A DNA stretch of 64,000 nt from a virus: positions 16,738 through 80,737 of IMG/VR virus record IMGVR_UViG_3300021962_000068; one strand, given 5' to 3'. The notes under the pieces were generated by a model that saw only the letters and a program-made list of their open reading frames with translations, had not been told where the DNA came from and did no database searches. This document shows, piece by piece, positions 45,968-55,670 of the stretch (within the stretch, counting starts at the first letter, position 1; each line of letters starts with the position of its first letter). Made by a program: the position numbers and the translations under genes.

Positions 45968-47887
45968 TTAGGCAACCCAACGTAGAACTGAAAGACCAGC
46001 ACCATGATTGGTGGTGATCTGAGTCATGCCAGTGCGTAAGGAAGCAACTAGTACACGACGCTGAGTTTCGACTAGCTCTTGAGTGTCGAAACGTAGACCA
46101 CGCTGATTACCAACTAAGAAGTTACCTGGGGCAACTGCGATAACAGCAGCTTCGCCGTCAGCTTTAGTGTTGAAAGAAGCTGAAACGATAACTGGAGTGT
46201 TACCAACTGAACCAACTTGACCAGTGATTAAAGTGGCTTGTGCACCAACTTTATCCATTGTTTGGAAAGTGGTATCGTCTAGTAGGTCATAGTAAGCCTC
46301 GGTAGAAACGATATAAGCCATTTCAGCAGGATCTAGACCCCAATAGCCCATATCACGACGTAGGTTACGTAGCATTGATACAGTGATCTTGTCGGCATTA
46401 GAAATGTCGGCAGTAACAGTTGAAGCAGCATCATAAGAAGCTAAACCAGCAACTGGATCAGCACCTGCGCCAGCACCTAATAGGAATGCCTTGTCAACTG
46501 ACTTGGCAACGCGACGAACCATTGCGTCACGAACGATTGGTAGAAGAACTAGTAGTGCGTCTTCTTCCTCTTCGTAGTTTAGGTACTCACGAGTAGCAAC
46601 TTTATAAGCGTTTAGTGTGATTTCGCTTAGTTGATGAGTTTGAGCAGCACCAGCACTGTTTGCGGTACCAAACTGAGCGTTAGTTACCCAAGTGGCATCG
46701 CCAGCTTCTGGGTTGACTGGAATAGTCATAACGTTAGTTTGCATTGTAATGTTACGCATTAATGGTGACACTACTAAACGACGGCGAACCTCGTTTTCCA
46801 TATTCATGGAAACTTCTAGTTCCCAAGTAGCGCTTGGTACGTGTGGGCCAGCTTTTTCAATAATTGAACGACCGTAGTTGGTTGACTCAATTGACTTCTG
46901 AGCAATCTTGCTTAGTAGAACAGCGCTTTCACGCTCGGTGTAAGTTGAGCCTTCGCCTTTGTTGTCAGCAAATTGCATTTTTGATGCTTGAATTTTAGCA
47001 AGCTCATCAGCTTTTTCTTTGATAGCAGCTTCTAGACCAGCTAGAACAGACTTGCTCTCAGCTGACTGCTCTTCTAGGCGCTTGGTGACTTCTTCTAGAA
47101 GACGCTCTGCACCGGTATCAACTGTCTTAACAGTAGCTTCGACGGTTGACTTGATTTTGCTTTCTAGTTCAGCTTGAGCGGCTTGAGCAGCTTTTTCTTG
47201 TGCTTCTTTAGCAGCCTGTGCTTCTAGAATTGATTTAGTTGCCTCTGCGGCAGCTTGCTTAGCTGTAGAAGCTAGCATCTCTTGTAGTTCTTTTGGATCC
47301 ATGTTCCATTCCTTTTTTGTTTCGCTCTTTGCTTCCTTAGAGGACTCTAGCCCTTTAGCTGTTTCGCCTTCGGGTGCAAATTGCTTTTTAAATTGCATAA
47401 TATCATCAGCATCGTCAAATGCCTTTGAAAGACTAAAAAGTGTATTTTGATTAGCTGGTACACTTACTACACTAATCTCAATAAGTTCAAGTTCTTTAAC
47501 TGTAAAAATTTCTGATGCGGCATCGTATGCTGCATCTTTTACTCTAAAACCAACGCTGAAAGCGGTTAGTACACCATCTTTAATTAAACCGAAATACTCT
47601 GCAGCAGCTGAAATTCGTGCTTTAATCCAAAGACCTTTGCTATCTACTTTATGTTCCACCATTCGGCCAATAGGATCTTCATGATCGTGAAAGGCTAGAA
47701 TAATAGGATTTTTTAAGTAGTTATCCATTCCACGTTTCCACACCTGAGGAGGAATAACGTCGCCTACTCTATCTGTATCCATAGTGGAGGCATAGCCTTC
47801 AATATAGATAGAATTTGCTTCATCGGGGGTTGGATCTTCTTTGAGACTAAACGCACTATTAATATATAGTACTTTATTTTTGTCCAT
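45968..47887 (-). CDS. Prohead protease fused in frame to HK97-fold major capsid protein (internal start probable at 47302)
   Basis: N-terminal IEGYAST..NPIILAFH..FSVGF..EISVVSVPANQ protease; then coiled-coil scaffold and capsid domain; internal AAGGAA RBS before Met196. Confidence 0.9.
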   Translation of the reverse strand: MDKNKVLYINSAFSLKEDPTPDEANSIYIEGYASTMDTDRVGDVIPPQVWKRGMDNYLKNPIILAFHDHEDPIGRMVEHKVDSKGLWIKARISAAAEYFGLIKDGVLTAFSVGFRVKDAAYDAASEIFTVKELELIEISVVSVPANQNTLFSLSKAFDDADDIMQFKKQFAPEGETAKGLESSKEAKSETKKEWNMDPKELQEMLASTAKQAAAEATKSILEAQAAKEAQEKAAQAAQAELESKIKSTVEATVKTVDTGAERLLEEVTKRLEEQSAESKSVLAGLEAAIKEKADELAKIQASKMQFADNKGEGSTYTERESAVLLSKIAQKSIESTNYGRSIIEKAGPHVPSATWELEVSMNMENEVRRRLVVSPLMRNITMQTNVMTIPVNPEAGDATWVTNAQFGTANSAGAAQTHQLSEITLNAYKVATREYLNYEEEEDALLVLLPIVRDAMVRRVAKSVDKAFLLGAGAGADPVAGLASYDAASTVTADISNADKITVSMLRNLRRDMGYWGLDPAEMAYIVSTEAYYDLLDDTTFQTMDKVGAQATLITGQVGSVGNTPVIVSASFNTKADGEAAVIAVAPGNFLVGNQRGLRFDTQELVETQRRVLVASLRTGMTQITTNHGAGLSVLRWVA

Positions 47888-47896
47888 AATCTCCTC

Positions 47897-49078
47897 TTAC
47901 TCAGTTTTAGGTGGAGCCCCACCTTCACTGGGATTTGCTGCTGAACCAGCAATATTTGCAGGAATCCTAACTGTGTCGTTTCCTTCCAGTTCGGGATACC
48001 TAAGTTCAACCCTGGCTTCATTTGGTGTCAAAATACCTGCATTTACTAGTGTAGAATGGTATGAAGCTAAGTCCTTGAGTTCAGGTTGCAAGGCGCTAAC
48101 TTGGTTGGTTATGGGGCTGACGTCATAACCAAAGTATCTCTCTACAGCAGAGACAAATTTTGTAATAATTGGAATAATTGTTTCTAAGTAAAATAGTCTT
48201 AAATTAGGAGTTATATTAGCATTGTTGCCACCGTCTAGTAAAATAGGCGGGACTCCTAATGCTTTTAGTATTTTAGAGTCATGAGTTTTGATTGAAGTAT
48301 CAAAATCCATTTCTTTGAAACTATCAATAATCGAGCCATATGGTTTTAAGCCGCTGTCTAAAATCATAGGACGGCGTGCACCATTTTTAGCTGAATACTT
48401 TTGCATCCAATTTTGAATAGTTTTTTCTTTTGCTACTTGTGAAAGTGTATTATCACTAGTAATAATTAAACTTGAAACTGCACCGTTTTCAAAGAACTGC
48501 TCTTGAAAAGTTTGCATTTTATACATAATAGCAATGTTACGATCAGCACCTTTTAAACGCGAATCTCCGCGGTAAATGCTGCGCGAGCTTAAGTCTTTGA
48601 TGTGTATAATTTCTTGAGGCTTAAACGTAACTGTTTTATTATAATTATACTGCTTAACAAAAGTTTTAGCATCTGGTTCAATTACTACTGAAGCACTAGG
48701 CAAGTGGTAAAGATGCACACCATCCCAGTAAATAAATATATTTCCTTCTAGGATAAAATCCGTAAATATATTTGTGCGAAAATCTTGTGCGCTTTGATAA
48801 GGGTTAGGAGCATAGTTAAGTAGCGTATTCAAAGTTTTTTGTCTAACGCCGCCAACTGTTCCTTCTGTTTTCTTATCTTTAATATCGTAATCAAGGGAGC
48901 TGCAAGCACTAACAAGCATATTAACACCACGATTAACTACTTCTAACTTTTCAAACGCTTGTTGATAGTTAATAGTTTGTGTGGTACCTTGATCTAATCC
49001 TTGTTCGTATTGTATTTCTTCTTGAGCTGGGTTTAATTTTTCGCGAACCCAACCCTTAAAATCTTTTATCAAGGCCAT
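47897..49078 (-). CDS. Portal protein
   Basis: PNPYQS, GNIFIY, EIIHIKD, FFENGA, LGVPPILL, GILTPNEAR. Confidence 0.93.
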   Translation of the reverse strand: MALIKDFKGWVREKLNPAQEEIQYEQGLDQGTTQTINYQQAFEKLEVVNRGVNMLVSACSSLDYDIKDKKTEGTVGGVRQKTLNTLLNYAPNPYQSAQDFRTNIFTDFILEGNIFIYWDGVHLYHLPSASVVIEPDAKTFVKQYNYNKTVTFKPQEIIHIKDLSSRSIYRGDSRLKGADRNIAIMYKMQTFQEQFFENGAVSSLIITSDNTLSQVAKEKTIQNWMQKYSAKNGARRPMILDSGLKPYGSIIDSFKEMDFDTSIKTHDSKILKALGVPPILLDGGNNANITPNLRLFYLETIIPIITKFVSAVERYFGYDVSPITNQVSALQPELKDLASYHSTLVNAGILTPNEARVELRYPELEGNDTVRIPANIAGSAANPSEGGAPPKTE

Positions 49079-49087
49079 AGGGACCCC

Positions 49088-49525
49088 TTAGTAAAATTGG
49101 CTAAAACTCCCCGGTAGCGCTGCTGCTTTTTCGCTGTACAGCTCATCTGGATCGTACTTAGCTCGTTGACGCTCAATCCACTGACCTTGACGACTGGCTG
49201 AATAATTTGACGGAGCTTTACCATAAACGCCATGCAGTTTGACATGATGGTGGTTACATAAGGTATAAACACAATCATAGATCTCGTGATGATGGGTTTC
49301 AATAAATTCGTCTCGAACAGCTAAAATGCCTGCATCTGTTGAAATATCATAATTCTTAGATTTAGCCCAGGCATTGAGTAGTAAGGTAATTGAATGAGTA
49401 TGATGTAATTCTAGGTCTTCGGTGGTATTACAGATATAACAGTGGTCTTTTTTCTCGTAGGCTGCTTTAGCCTTATCTCGAATCCACTTTACTGCTATGC
49501 GTTTATTATCTGTGTTTTTTGCCAC
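49088..49525 (-). CDS. HNH endonuclease (T5-like, between terminase and portal)
   Basis: CYIC..LELHH..TLCNHHHVKLH; synteny. Confidence 0.85.
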   Translation of the reverse strand: MAKNTDNKRIAVKWIRDKAKAAYEKKDHCYICNTTEDLELHHTHSITLLLNAWAKSKNYDISTDAGILAVRDEFIETHHHEIYDCVYTLCNHHHVKLHGVYGKAPSNYSASRQGQWIERQRAKYDPDELYSEKAAALPGSFSQFY

Positions 49526-49550
49526 TTGAAACTCCCACGAATTTTGAACT

Positions 49551-49579
49551 ATTATAGCATGTTGATGACAAAATGTCCA
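49551..49579 (-). promoter_or_regulatory. Late promoter TGGACA-N17-TATAAT for the head operon
   Basis: Near-consensus with TG extension in an intergenic gap. Confidence 0.7.
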
Positions 49580-49596
49580 GTCAATTTTTTTATGAC

Positions 49597-50895
49597 CTAT
49601 ATAGTATAGGTATATATCGCATATCTGAGAGCATCAGCAATGTGCGAATGAATATCGTGCAGTGGTTTTTCTTGGATTAACTGTTCAGATTTATTCCACT
49701 GATACTGGTCAAACATAGCCATAGTATGCTTACAACGAGGATCTACTAGTATGCGGTCTTGTTCAACTAGAGTTTGTAAGTAAGCAATACCCTCTAAAAC
49801 CTGTTTTTTACCACGAATAGTAGCAATATTGTACTGGTAAGCTAAGTCCGATGCAAACTGTGCTCCTGCCGAATCTATAAAAATAGCATCTATGCCCCAG
49901 CGATCTATTAGTTGTTGAAAACGTTCAGCATGAGTTTTTGTAGTAGCTTCCGCTTCCAAGTACTCGTCTACAATCCAAAACTTGTCTTGGTTAGCTAAGT
50001 AAGCAACAACTACAAAAGCCGTAGGATCGCGATAGCCAGGGTCTAGTCCAGCAAAGAACTCACAGCCGTCCTCAATCTCAAAATCGCGTATTTGCTCGGA
50101 TTTTAGCTGATAAATCTGTCCTTCAAAGCTAGAGAACGAAGCCATGTACTCTTGCTCAAATTCTTGCTTTGACATTGATCGGCGAGCTTCGGCTACATCG
50201 GAAGCTTGCATACGTGGGTTCTCTAAATAGTCTGCTTGTAGTGAAATCCACTCAGGATAAGCACTATCAAACCCACGATTCCAAAAGGTAGAAAACCAAT
50301 TATTTTTTCCACGAGGTGTTGAAATAAAAATGGCTTTTGCACCAGGGCGATCTAGGGTTGGACGAAGCGAGACATTAAAAGCGGCTTCACCATCACGGCC
50401 TAGTGCAGCCTCATCAAATATAATAAGGTCGTACGATCTGCCCACTGCCGAATCAACTGTTGAGAGAGAGCCCATGCGAATAGTTGAACCATTTTCCAAC
50501 TCGATAACCTTATCTTTTGCATTATCACGAGCAACTTCTAGGTCAAAGTGTTTAATGAATCCACGCTGTAGTTCAAAGCTAATAGAACTAAGGGTATAGT
50601 TGGGAGACATGATAAGCACATTACACTTCGGTATAAGAGTAATAAGCTGACCAATTACATTAGCTATAAAAGTTTTGCCTAGTCTGCGTGAAAGTGCGGC
50701 GCAAATAAAACGGTACTTGGGATCGTTAACTGCGTTGATTAATGCAATTTGGGGACGGTTTAGTTGATTATAAACAGACTCTCCGCCCACAGTTAATAAT
50801 TTTAAATAATTTTGTATGGGCAATTTAATAAAACGTGATTGAGCCGGGTATTCCACTAGCTCTTCACATTCAACAGGTCTACTCACTACCAGCAT
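49597..50895 (-). CDS. terL: Terminase large subunit
   Basis: SRRLGKT Walker A, IIFDEAA Walker B, ISTPRG, GLDPG and HIADALRY nuclease motifs; ATG at 50895 with AAGGA RBS. Confidence 0.95.
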   Translation of the reverse strand: MLVVSRPVECEELVEYPAQSRFIKLPIQNYLKLLTVGGESVYNQLNRPQIALINAVNDPKYRFICAALSRRLGKTFIANVIGQLITLIPKCNVLIMSPNYTLSSISFELQRGFIKHFDLEVARDNAKDKVIELENGSTIRMGSLSTVDSAVGRSYDLIIFDEAALGRDGEAAFNVSLRPTLDRPGAKAIFISTPRGKNNWFSTFWNRGFDSAYPEWISLQADYLENPRMQASDVAEARRSMSKQEFEQEYMASFSSFEGQIYQLKSEQIRDFEIEDGCEFFAGLDPGYRDPTAFVVVAYLANQDKFWIVDEYLEAEATTKTHAERFQQLIDRWGIDAIFIDSAGAQFASDLAYQYNIATIRGKKQVLEGIAYLQTLVEQDRILVDPRCKHTMAMFDQYQWNKSEQLIQEKPLHDIHSHIADALRYAIYTYTI

Positions 50896-51349
50896 TAATA
50901 ATCCTTTCAATTAAGTTGCCGTAGTTTGAGCCGCCTACACCATCATTAATTTGTACGTTAACTTGATTTTTGATATGTCCACCACGAAGTTTTTCTAGTT
51001 GAATTTGTTTATCCATATACTCCATAGTCATTTTGTGTGAGAGTGCTAAAATTTCTGTTATATCTTTATTTGATCCAATTCCAGCCTCGTCTAATTCTTG
51101 AAATTTCTTTTGGATAATCATATCCATTGCTTGACGCATTTTGTGACGATTATTAAAGCCTATGTCAAAAAATACGTTATCTAAATAAGCTTTAATTTCT
51201 CGACGGTCTAATACTTCGGCTACCATTTCAGTTGGTAGTCCCAGTTCTTCGCACACTTTAGGAATTGACTGCAGTTGAAGATAGTAGTTAGCAATTTCTA
51301 GTGATTCCGGCGATATAGTGAGCGCTTCCGCAGGATGCTCATTATTCAT
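50879..51349 (-). CDS. terS: Terminase small subunit
   Basis: ISPESLEIANYYL HTH-like N-terminus; overlaps the terL start as in T5. Confidence 0.8.
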   Translation of the reverse strand: MNNEHPAEALTISPESLEIANYYLQLQSIPKVCEELGLPTEMVAEVLDRREIKAYLDNVFFDIGFNNRHKMRQAMDMIIQKKFQELDEAGIGSNKDITEILALSHKMTMEYMDKQIQLEKLRGGHIKNQVNVQINDGVGGSNYGNLIERIINAGSE

Positions 51350-51367
51350 TTAATCCTCTCTATATGG

Positions 51368-51394
51368 AAACAAGGGGGTATAGCCCCCTGTTCT
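51368..51394 (-). terminator. Probable terminator after the distal fibre module
   Basis: AGGGGG-loop-CCCCCT stem followed by TGTTT on the minus strand. Confidence 0.55.
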
Positions 51395-51398
51395 AAAT

Positions 51399-51626
51399 TT
51401 AATTTACTAGTTCACTAGCAACTTCTGGTTTTGTTTCTAATGCTTTTTTCAGCATACCAAAAAAGGCATCGCGTCCAACCTGTAATTGATCTACATTAAA
51501 TCTCGCGGATGCAAGTTTGCGATCTAAATCAGCAACATGGTTTACTAGTACCTGCTGTTGTTGTGTCATGTCTTCAAATTGATACTCAACATCATCAATT
51601 GTAATGGGGGTTTTTGTATTTGCCAT
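51399..51626 (-). CDS. Small hypothetical protein (fibre-associated, coiled coil)
   Basis: 75-aa ORF with AGGA RBS. Confidence 0.6.
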   Translation of the reverse strand: MANTKTPITIDDVEYQFEDMTQQQQVLVNHVADLDRKLASARFNVDQLQVGRDAFFGMLKKALETKPEVASELVN

Positions 51627-51661
51627 TATAATTTTATTCCTATATTATATAAAAGTTAAAG

Positions 51662-51961
51662 TTAATTCCAAGGAACGCCAATAATTGGCTCGTTCTTTTG
51701 GTTTTCGATTTGTCCTAGGACATCCTTATTTATACCATCTACATCAATCGAATTAAACACCCACTGTAAAACTAAATCTTCTGTTAGTTGGTCAAAGGGT
51801 ATAAAATCTTCAGAAGTAGCATCGTATTTAAAAGCTGTAGAGCCGTTTAGTGATCCGGTAAAGTTATCCTCTACAGCGCTGCAATTCCATGCAGCAACAA
51901 TTACACCGCCATCTGTTTGATTGCGTTGTAAATTAGTAATTTTCCAAATTGTAGTACTCAT
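51662..51961 (-). CDS. Small fibre-associated hypothetical protein
   Basis: WKITNL..FIPFDQLTEDLVLQWV..GVPW pattern seen downstream of phage fibres. Confidence 0.6.
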   Translation of the reverse strand: MSTTIWKITNLQRNQTDGGVIVAAWNCSAVEDNFTGSLNGSTAFKYDATSEDFIPFDQLTEDLVLQWVFNSIDVDGINKDVLGQIENQKNEPIIGVPWN

Positions 51962-51982
51962 ACTGAGTTTCCTTATTAATAT

Positions 51983-54900
51983 TCACGAAAAAAAGTTTAA
52001 AAAATTACCTGAAGGAATATAAAAAATCCAACCAGTATTATTTCCAATATCTATATTTCCGTTTGTTAAATATGCTTGCCACGTTGCACTACCCGTTGCG
52101 TTGTTGTCTCGGATTGAGCAGTAGTTTAAAGATACTGTGCCACTATTTTTAGACAGTGTTGCACGATTTCCTGCTGTACTACTATTAATAGTAACTAAAC
52201 TTCCATTTATTCCTGATAGTGAGAAATTAGAAACTGTTTGAGTAGTTCCAGAAGCCAGTGTTACAGTTGTTGGTCTAGTTGTATTAGTAATGTCATTAAA
52301 AGTATTACTACCACTAATTGTCAAGGCACCTGCCCCGCCTTGATTTAAGCTGCAATTGTAAGTTGACCCGCCGCCGACAAAAGTTTTTGCACTAGCGGAA
52401 GTAAGAGAGATTTTACCGGTTCCTGTACCTGCAGTAGTAGTAAATCCAGAAGGTACTGCATTATTCCATACAGTAGCACCACTGCTAGAAAGATTTAAAG
52501 TTCCACCATTAAAAGTAATATTTTTGGTGCCTGTAGCTGTTGCAAATGTACCAATATTTAATGTTTGACCATTTAAATCTAATGTTCCATTTGTTAAAGT
52601 TAGTAATCGAGTTGAGCCAATTGTTGTTGTACCTAAAAGTCTTACTGTACCACCTACACCATTAACGTTAATAGGAAAATCTAGAGTTTTACCATTAGTA
52701 GTTATATCTTGAGTACCCGATGTACCTCTAAATAAAACTGTAGAACTACTGGCTGCAAGAGTTTGAGTACTTGATAGGGTAAGACTACCATAAATAGTTA
52801 TTCCACCCATGGTTAATTGGTTAGAGTATCCTGAACAATTAATATCTTTAAAATAGCCATTAAATGATAAATTTTGTGGCGCAGAAACTATATTTATACT
52901 TACAGCATTTGCTTCTGTTGCACCACTGCCAGTTCCATGATTAATGATTGCGGCAACTGTTTCTGAAGAATTTAATTCTATTGTTGGTGTACCTGATAAA
53001 CTAAAATTTGTTAAATTAGTGAAACTCCAATAGGATATCCCTCCACCGTTTGATCCAGTAAAGATTATTTTGCCACTTCCAAAATTAATACTTCTAGTTA
53101 CAGTACTGCTAATTAGACTACTATTAGTAATCGTTAAATTATAATTACCGGCCCCTGAATTAGTTAGATCTAATTCTCCTGTATTAAGATAAATATCAGT
53201 ATCTACTACTGAAGATTGAGTGAGAGATACTTTTCCTTGATATGTTCCATCTAATTTTCCAGCTTGAAAAATTAGAGGAATTTTCCAGCTTGGACCAGTA
53301 AATGAAACTTGAACTGTGCTGGAGAGATTAACAAAATTTATTTTTCCTTGAGATGTGTAACCACCAAGGTCGCCAGTTACTCCCGATCCAGCAAGTACTC
53401 CTCCCATACTAACTAAATATTGTGTGCTAGTAGTAAAAGTAACTGGTAAGGTACGGGAACTCATATCAAGTTTACCAAGACAAAAGGGCCATCCTACACC
53501 AAGAGTGGTTCCGCTTGGGAAAGAATTATTATCTATTACTGCTGTATCTTGTAATAAAGGAAAATTATTTGTTGAACTTACTCCAGACCCTCCAGACCCA
53601 GTACCCCAGCCGTAGCCCCCTGTGGCGTTCCAGTATGTTGGGTTTGCTCCACTATAGTAATAAACTGTTTTTGGTGCCGGAAATGTAATGTTTGAGTTTC
53701 CTCCTCCATCTCCAAGTCTAGTTCCAGACCAAGGAAGAGACCCACTACCTGTTACATTAATATCAAAAAAATCAATATCACCAAGATTATTTGGTTGTCC
53801 GCTTGTCATTGATATTGTTGTTGTAGTTCTAATTAAAGTGTCTGAAGTTATGGTACTACTGCGGAAACGGTCCCCACCTAATATAATTAACCTTCTGTAA
53901 CCATACCCAGAATAAGGAAAGGTAATATATCCGGTAAAATTAACTGTTGTGCCAAAAAAAGAAATAAATTTAGTGCCGCCCTGCCGTTGCGCAGCAAAGT
54001 ATAAGTTATAGAATGTAGTATTAGGTTCTAAAATAAAATCAATATATTCTGTCAAGGAGTTACTACTGCCCCACTGACTAAAAGTAAGATTATAAAATGT
54101 ATGTACTTTATTTATTGATTGAAATAAGATAGCAATACTACCGGTATAAGTACAAGTAATAGTTGAACTTCCAGCATTTAATATTAAATTTGGATTGGTA
54201 AAATTAAGTGCAGTAGTATCGCTTAATACAATAGAAGACCAACTAAGATTAATTTGTGCTGATACTGAACCTGTAGCCTGCAATGTGCCTGCAGTTAGTG
54301 AATAGCCTAAAGTATTAAAAATACCTGAAAAGACTTCAAAAATAGTTGTTCCACAGTTAAAGGCCCCATTAAGTGAATAACTAGAATAAGCATCAGATTT
54401 AATGTCTACAGGGCTGTTTATTTGTGCGTTAGAATAAATAGTATGATTTATCGATGGAGAAAAGTTTCTAAAAGTGATTTGACCAGTGGCACTCCAGCCC
54501 GAAATATAAAGATTCATTGAACCATAAATCGTAAATGTAGGACTGGTACCGTTGATAAACGTATAAGATCCAGTTGATGATGTAATATTATTACAAACCA
54601 AAGCACCTGTACAAGTTATAGTTCCGCCACCTGTATCAAATACAGCATTATCACCGACACCTGGTACCGACGCACCACCAGCACCGCCTGAACTTGTTGA
54701 CCAAACCGCTGTATTAGTGGTATCCCATGTTGCTGTACCACCAACCCAATATCGCGTACTAGGGGGTGATGACGTTAATACAAGTGTTACTGCGGCTCCA
54801 GAACTTGATGTAGATGTTGCACCACCCGTTGGTGCATTAATAACGGTTGTTGAATTTTGTGTTCCCGATACCCATCCAGCGTATACGCCAACATCTGACG

Positions 54901-55453
54901 TACTTCCATCGCTTTTAATAGATACAGATCCCCCAGTTAACGCTGCTGGAACCGTGAATGCACTTCCGGAAGTTCCTTGTGTGCCTGCACCAAGAACAAT
55001 AATTTGTGAGTCAGCTACAGTAGGTGTTGCATTAGCAGGAGTTGCTCTAGACGCATTTGTAATTGTAACAACAGGATAAATCTGATTAAAAGCTGTAGTA
55101 TTTTGCCCTCTCCAGACAAGAACAATAGTTCCACCACCATAAGAAGCACTAGAAGTTCTGGTAGCTGTTATTTGTGTGTCTGGAGTTCCCTGCATTACGG
55201 CAAAGCATACAGTTAAATTAGTGTCCCAACTATCGTTGACATAAGCTGTTTGTATTTCAGTATATATACCAAAAGAATTTCCAGTTACAGTTGGAGCATT
55301 CAGCGATGAGCCACCCGCAGCAGAAACAACGATAACAATATCGCCAGCAGCCGGTGAAGAGGCTATACCTCCGGTTAGTGTTCCGGATAAAGAAATATCA
55401 TAGGATGCCCCTGTGCCTGTTCCAGACGTTTGACCAACAAATTCAAGTGCCAT
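51983..55453 (-). CDS. Large beta-solenoid virion protein, putative receptor-binding protein
   Basis: RYWVGGTATW..WSTSSGGAGGASVP..DNAVFD motif; G/T/S/N-rich beta-helix repeats; 1156 aa. Confidence 0.65.
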   Translation of the reverse strand: MALEFVGQTSGTGTGASYDISLSGTLTGGIASSPAAGDIVIVVSAAGGSSLNAPTVTGNSFGIYTEIQTAYVNDSWDTNLTVCFAVMQGTPDTQITATRTSSASYGGGTIVLVWRGQNTTAFNQIYPVVTITNASRATPANATPTVADSQIIVLGAGTQGTSGSAFTVPAALTGGSVSIKSDGSTSDVGVYAGWVSGTQNSTTVINAPTGGATSTSSSGAAVTLVLTSSPPSTRYWVGGTATWDTTNTAVWSTSSGGAGGASVPGVGDNAVFDTGGGTITCTGALVCNNITSSTGSYTFINGTSPTFTIYGSMNLYISGWSATGQITFRNFSPSINHTIYSNAQINSPVDIKSDAYSSYSLNGAFNCGTTIFEVFSGIFNTLGYSLTAGTLQATGSVSAQINLSWSSIVLSDTTALNFTNPNLILNAGSSTITCTYTGSIAILFQSINKVHTFYNLTFSQWGSSNSLTEYIDFILEPNTTFYNLYFAAQRQGGTKFISFFGTTVNFTGYITFPYSGYGYRRLIILGGDRFRSSTITSDTLIRTTTTISMTSGQPNNLGDIDFFDINVTGSGSLPWSGTRLGDGGGNSNITFPAPKTVYYYSGANPTYWNATGGYGWGTGSGGSGVSSTNNFPLLQDTAVIDNNSFPSGTTLGVGWPFCLGKLDMSSRTLPVTFTTSTQYLVSMGGVLAGSGVTGDLGGYTSQGKINFVNLSSTVQVSFTGPSWKIPLIFQAGKLDGTYQGKVSLTQSSVVDTDIYLNTGELDLTNSGAGNYNLTITNSSLISSTVTRSINFGSGKIIFTGSNGGGISYWSFTNLTNFSLSGTPTIELNSSETVAAIINHGTGSGATEANAVSINIVSAPQNLSFNGYFKDINCSGYSNQLTMGGITIYGSLTLSSTQTLAASSSTVLFRGTSGTQDITTNGKTLDFPINVNGVGGTVRLLGTTTIGSTRLLTLTNGTLDLNGQTLNIGTFATATGTKNITFNGGTLNLSSSGATVWNNAVPSGFTTTAGTGTGKISLTSASAKTFVGGGSTYNCSLNQGGAGALTISGSNTFNDITNTTRPTTVTLASGTTQTVSNFSLSGINGSLVTINSSTAGNRATLSKNSGTVSLNYCSIRDNNATGSATWQAYLTNGNIDIGNNTGWIFYIPSGNFLNFFS

Positions 55454-55455
55454 TT

Positions 55456-55668
55456 TTATTCACCTGTTAAATTTATACTATCAGCAGAACCAGGATCCTC
55501 AACAGTACTATCAAGTATGGGTGGAGGAGAAACAGCAATAATCCACTGATTTATACGGGCTTGTTTAATTGCTTCAATATCTTCATCACTTAAGTTATGA
55601 TTGTCTGGTAGTACTATACTATCTAGAAATTTACCATACTGGTTTTCAAATTCAAAATCAATTTTCAT
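55456..55668 (-). CDS. Small hypothetical protein
   Basis: 70-aa ORF tightly packed between the fibre and adhesin genes. Confidence 0.6.
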   Translation of the reverse strand: MKIDFEFENQYGKFLDSIVLPDNHNLSDEDIEAIKQARINQWIIAVSPPPILDSTVEDPGSADSINLTGE

Positions 55669-55670
55669 AA

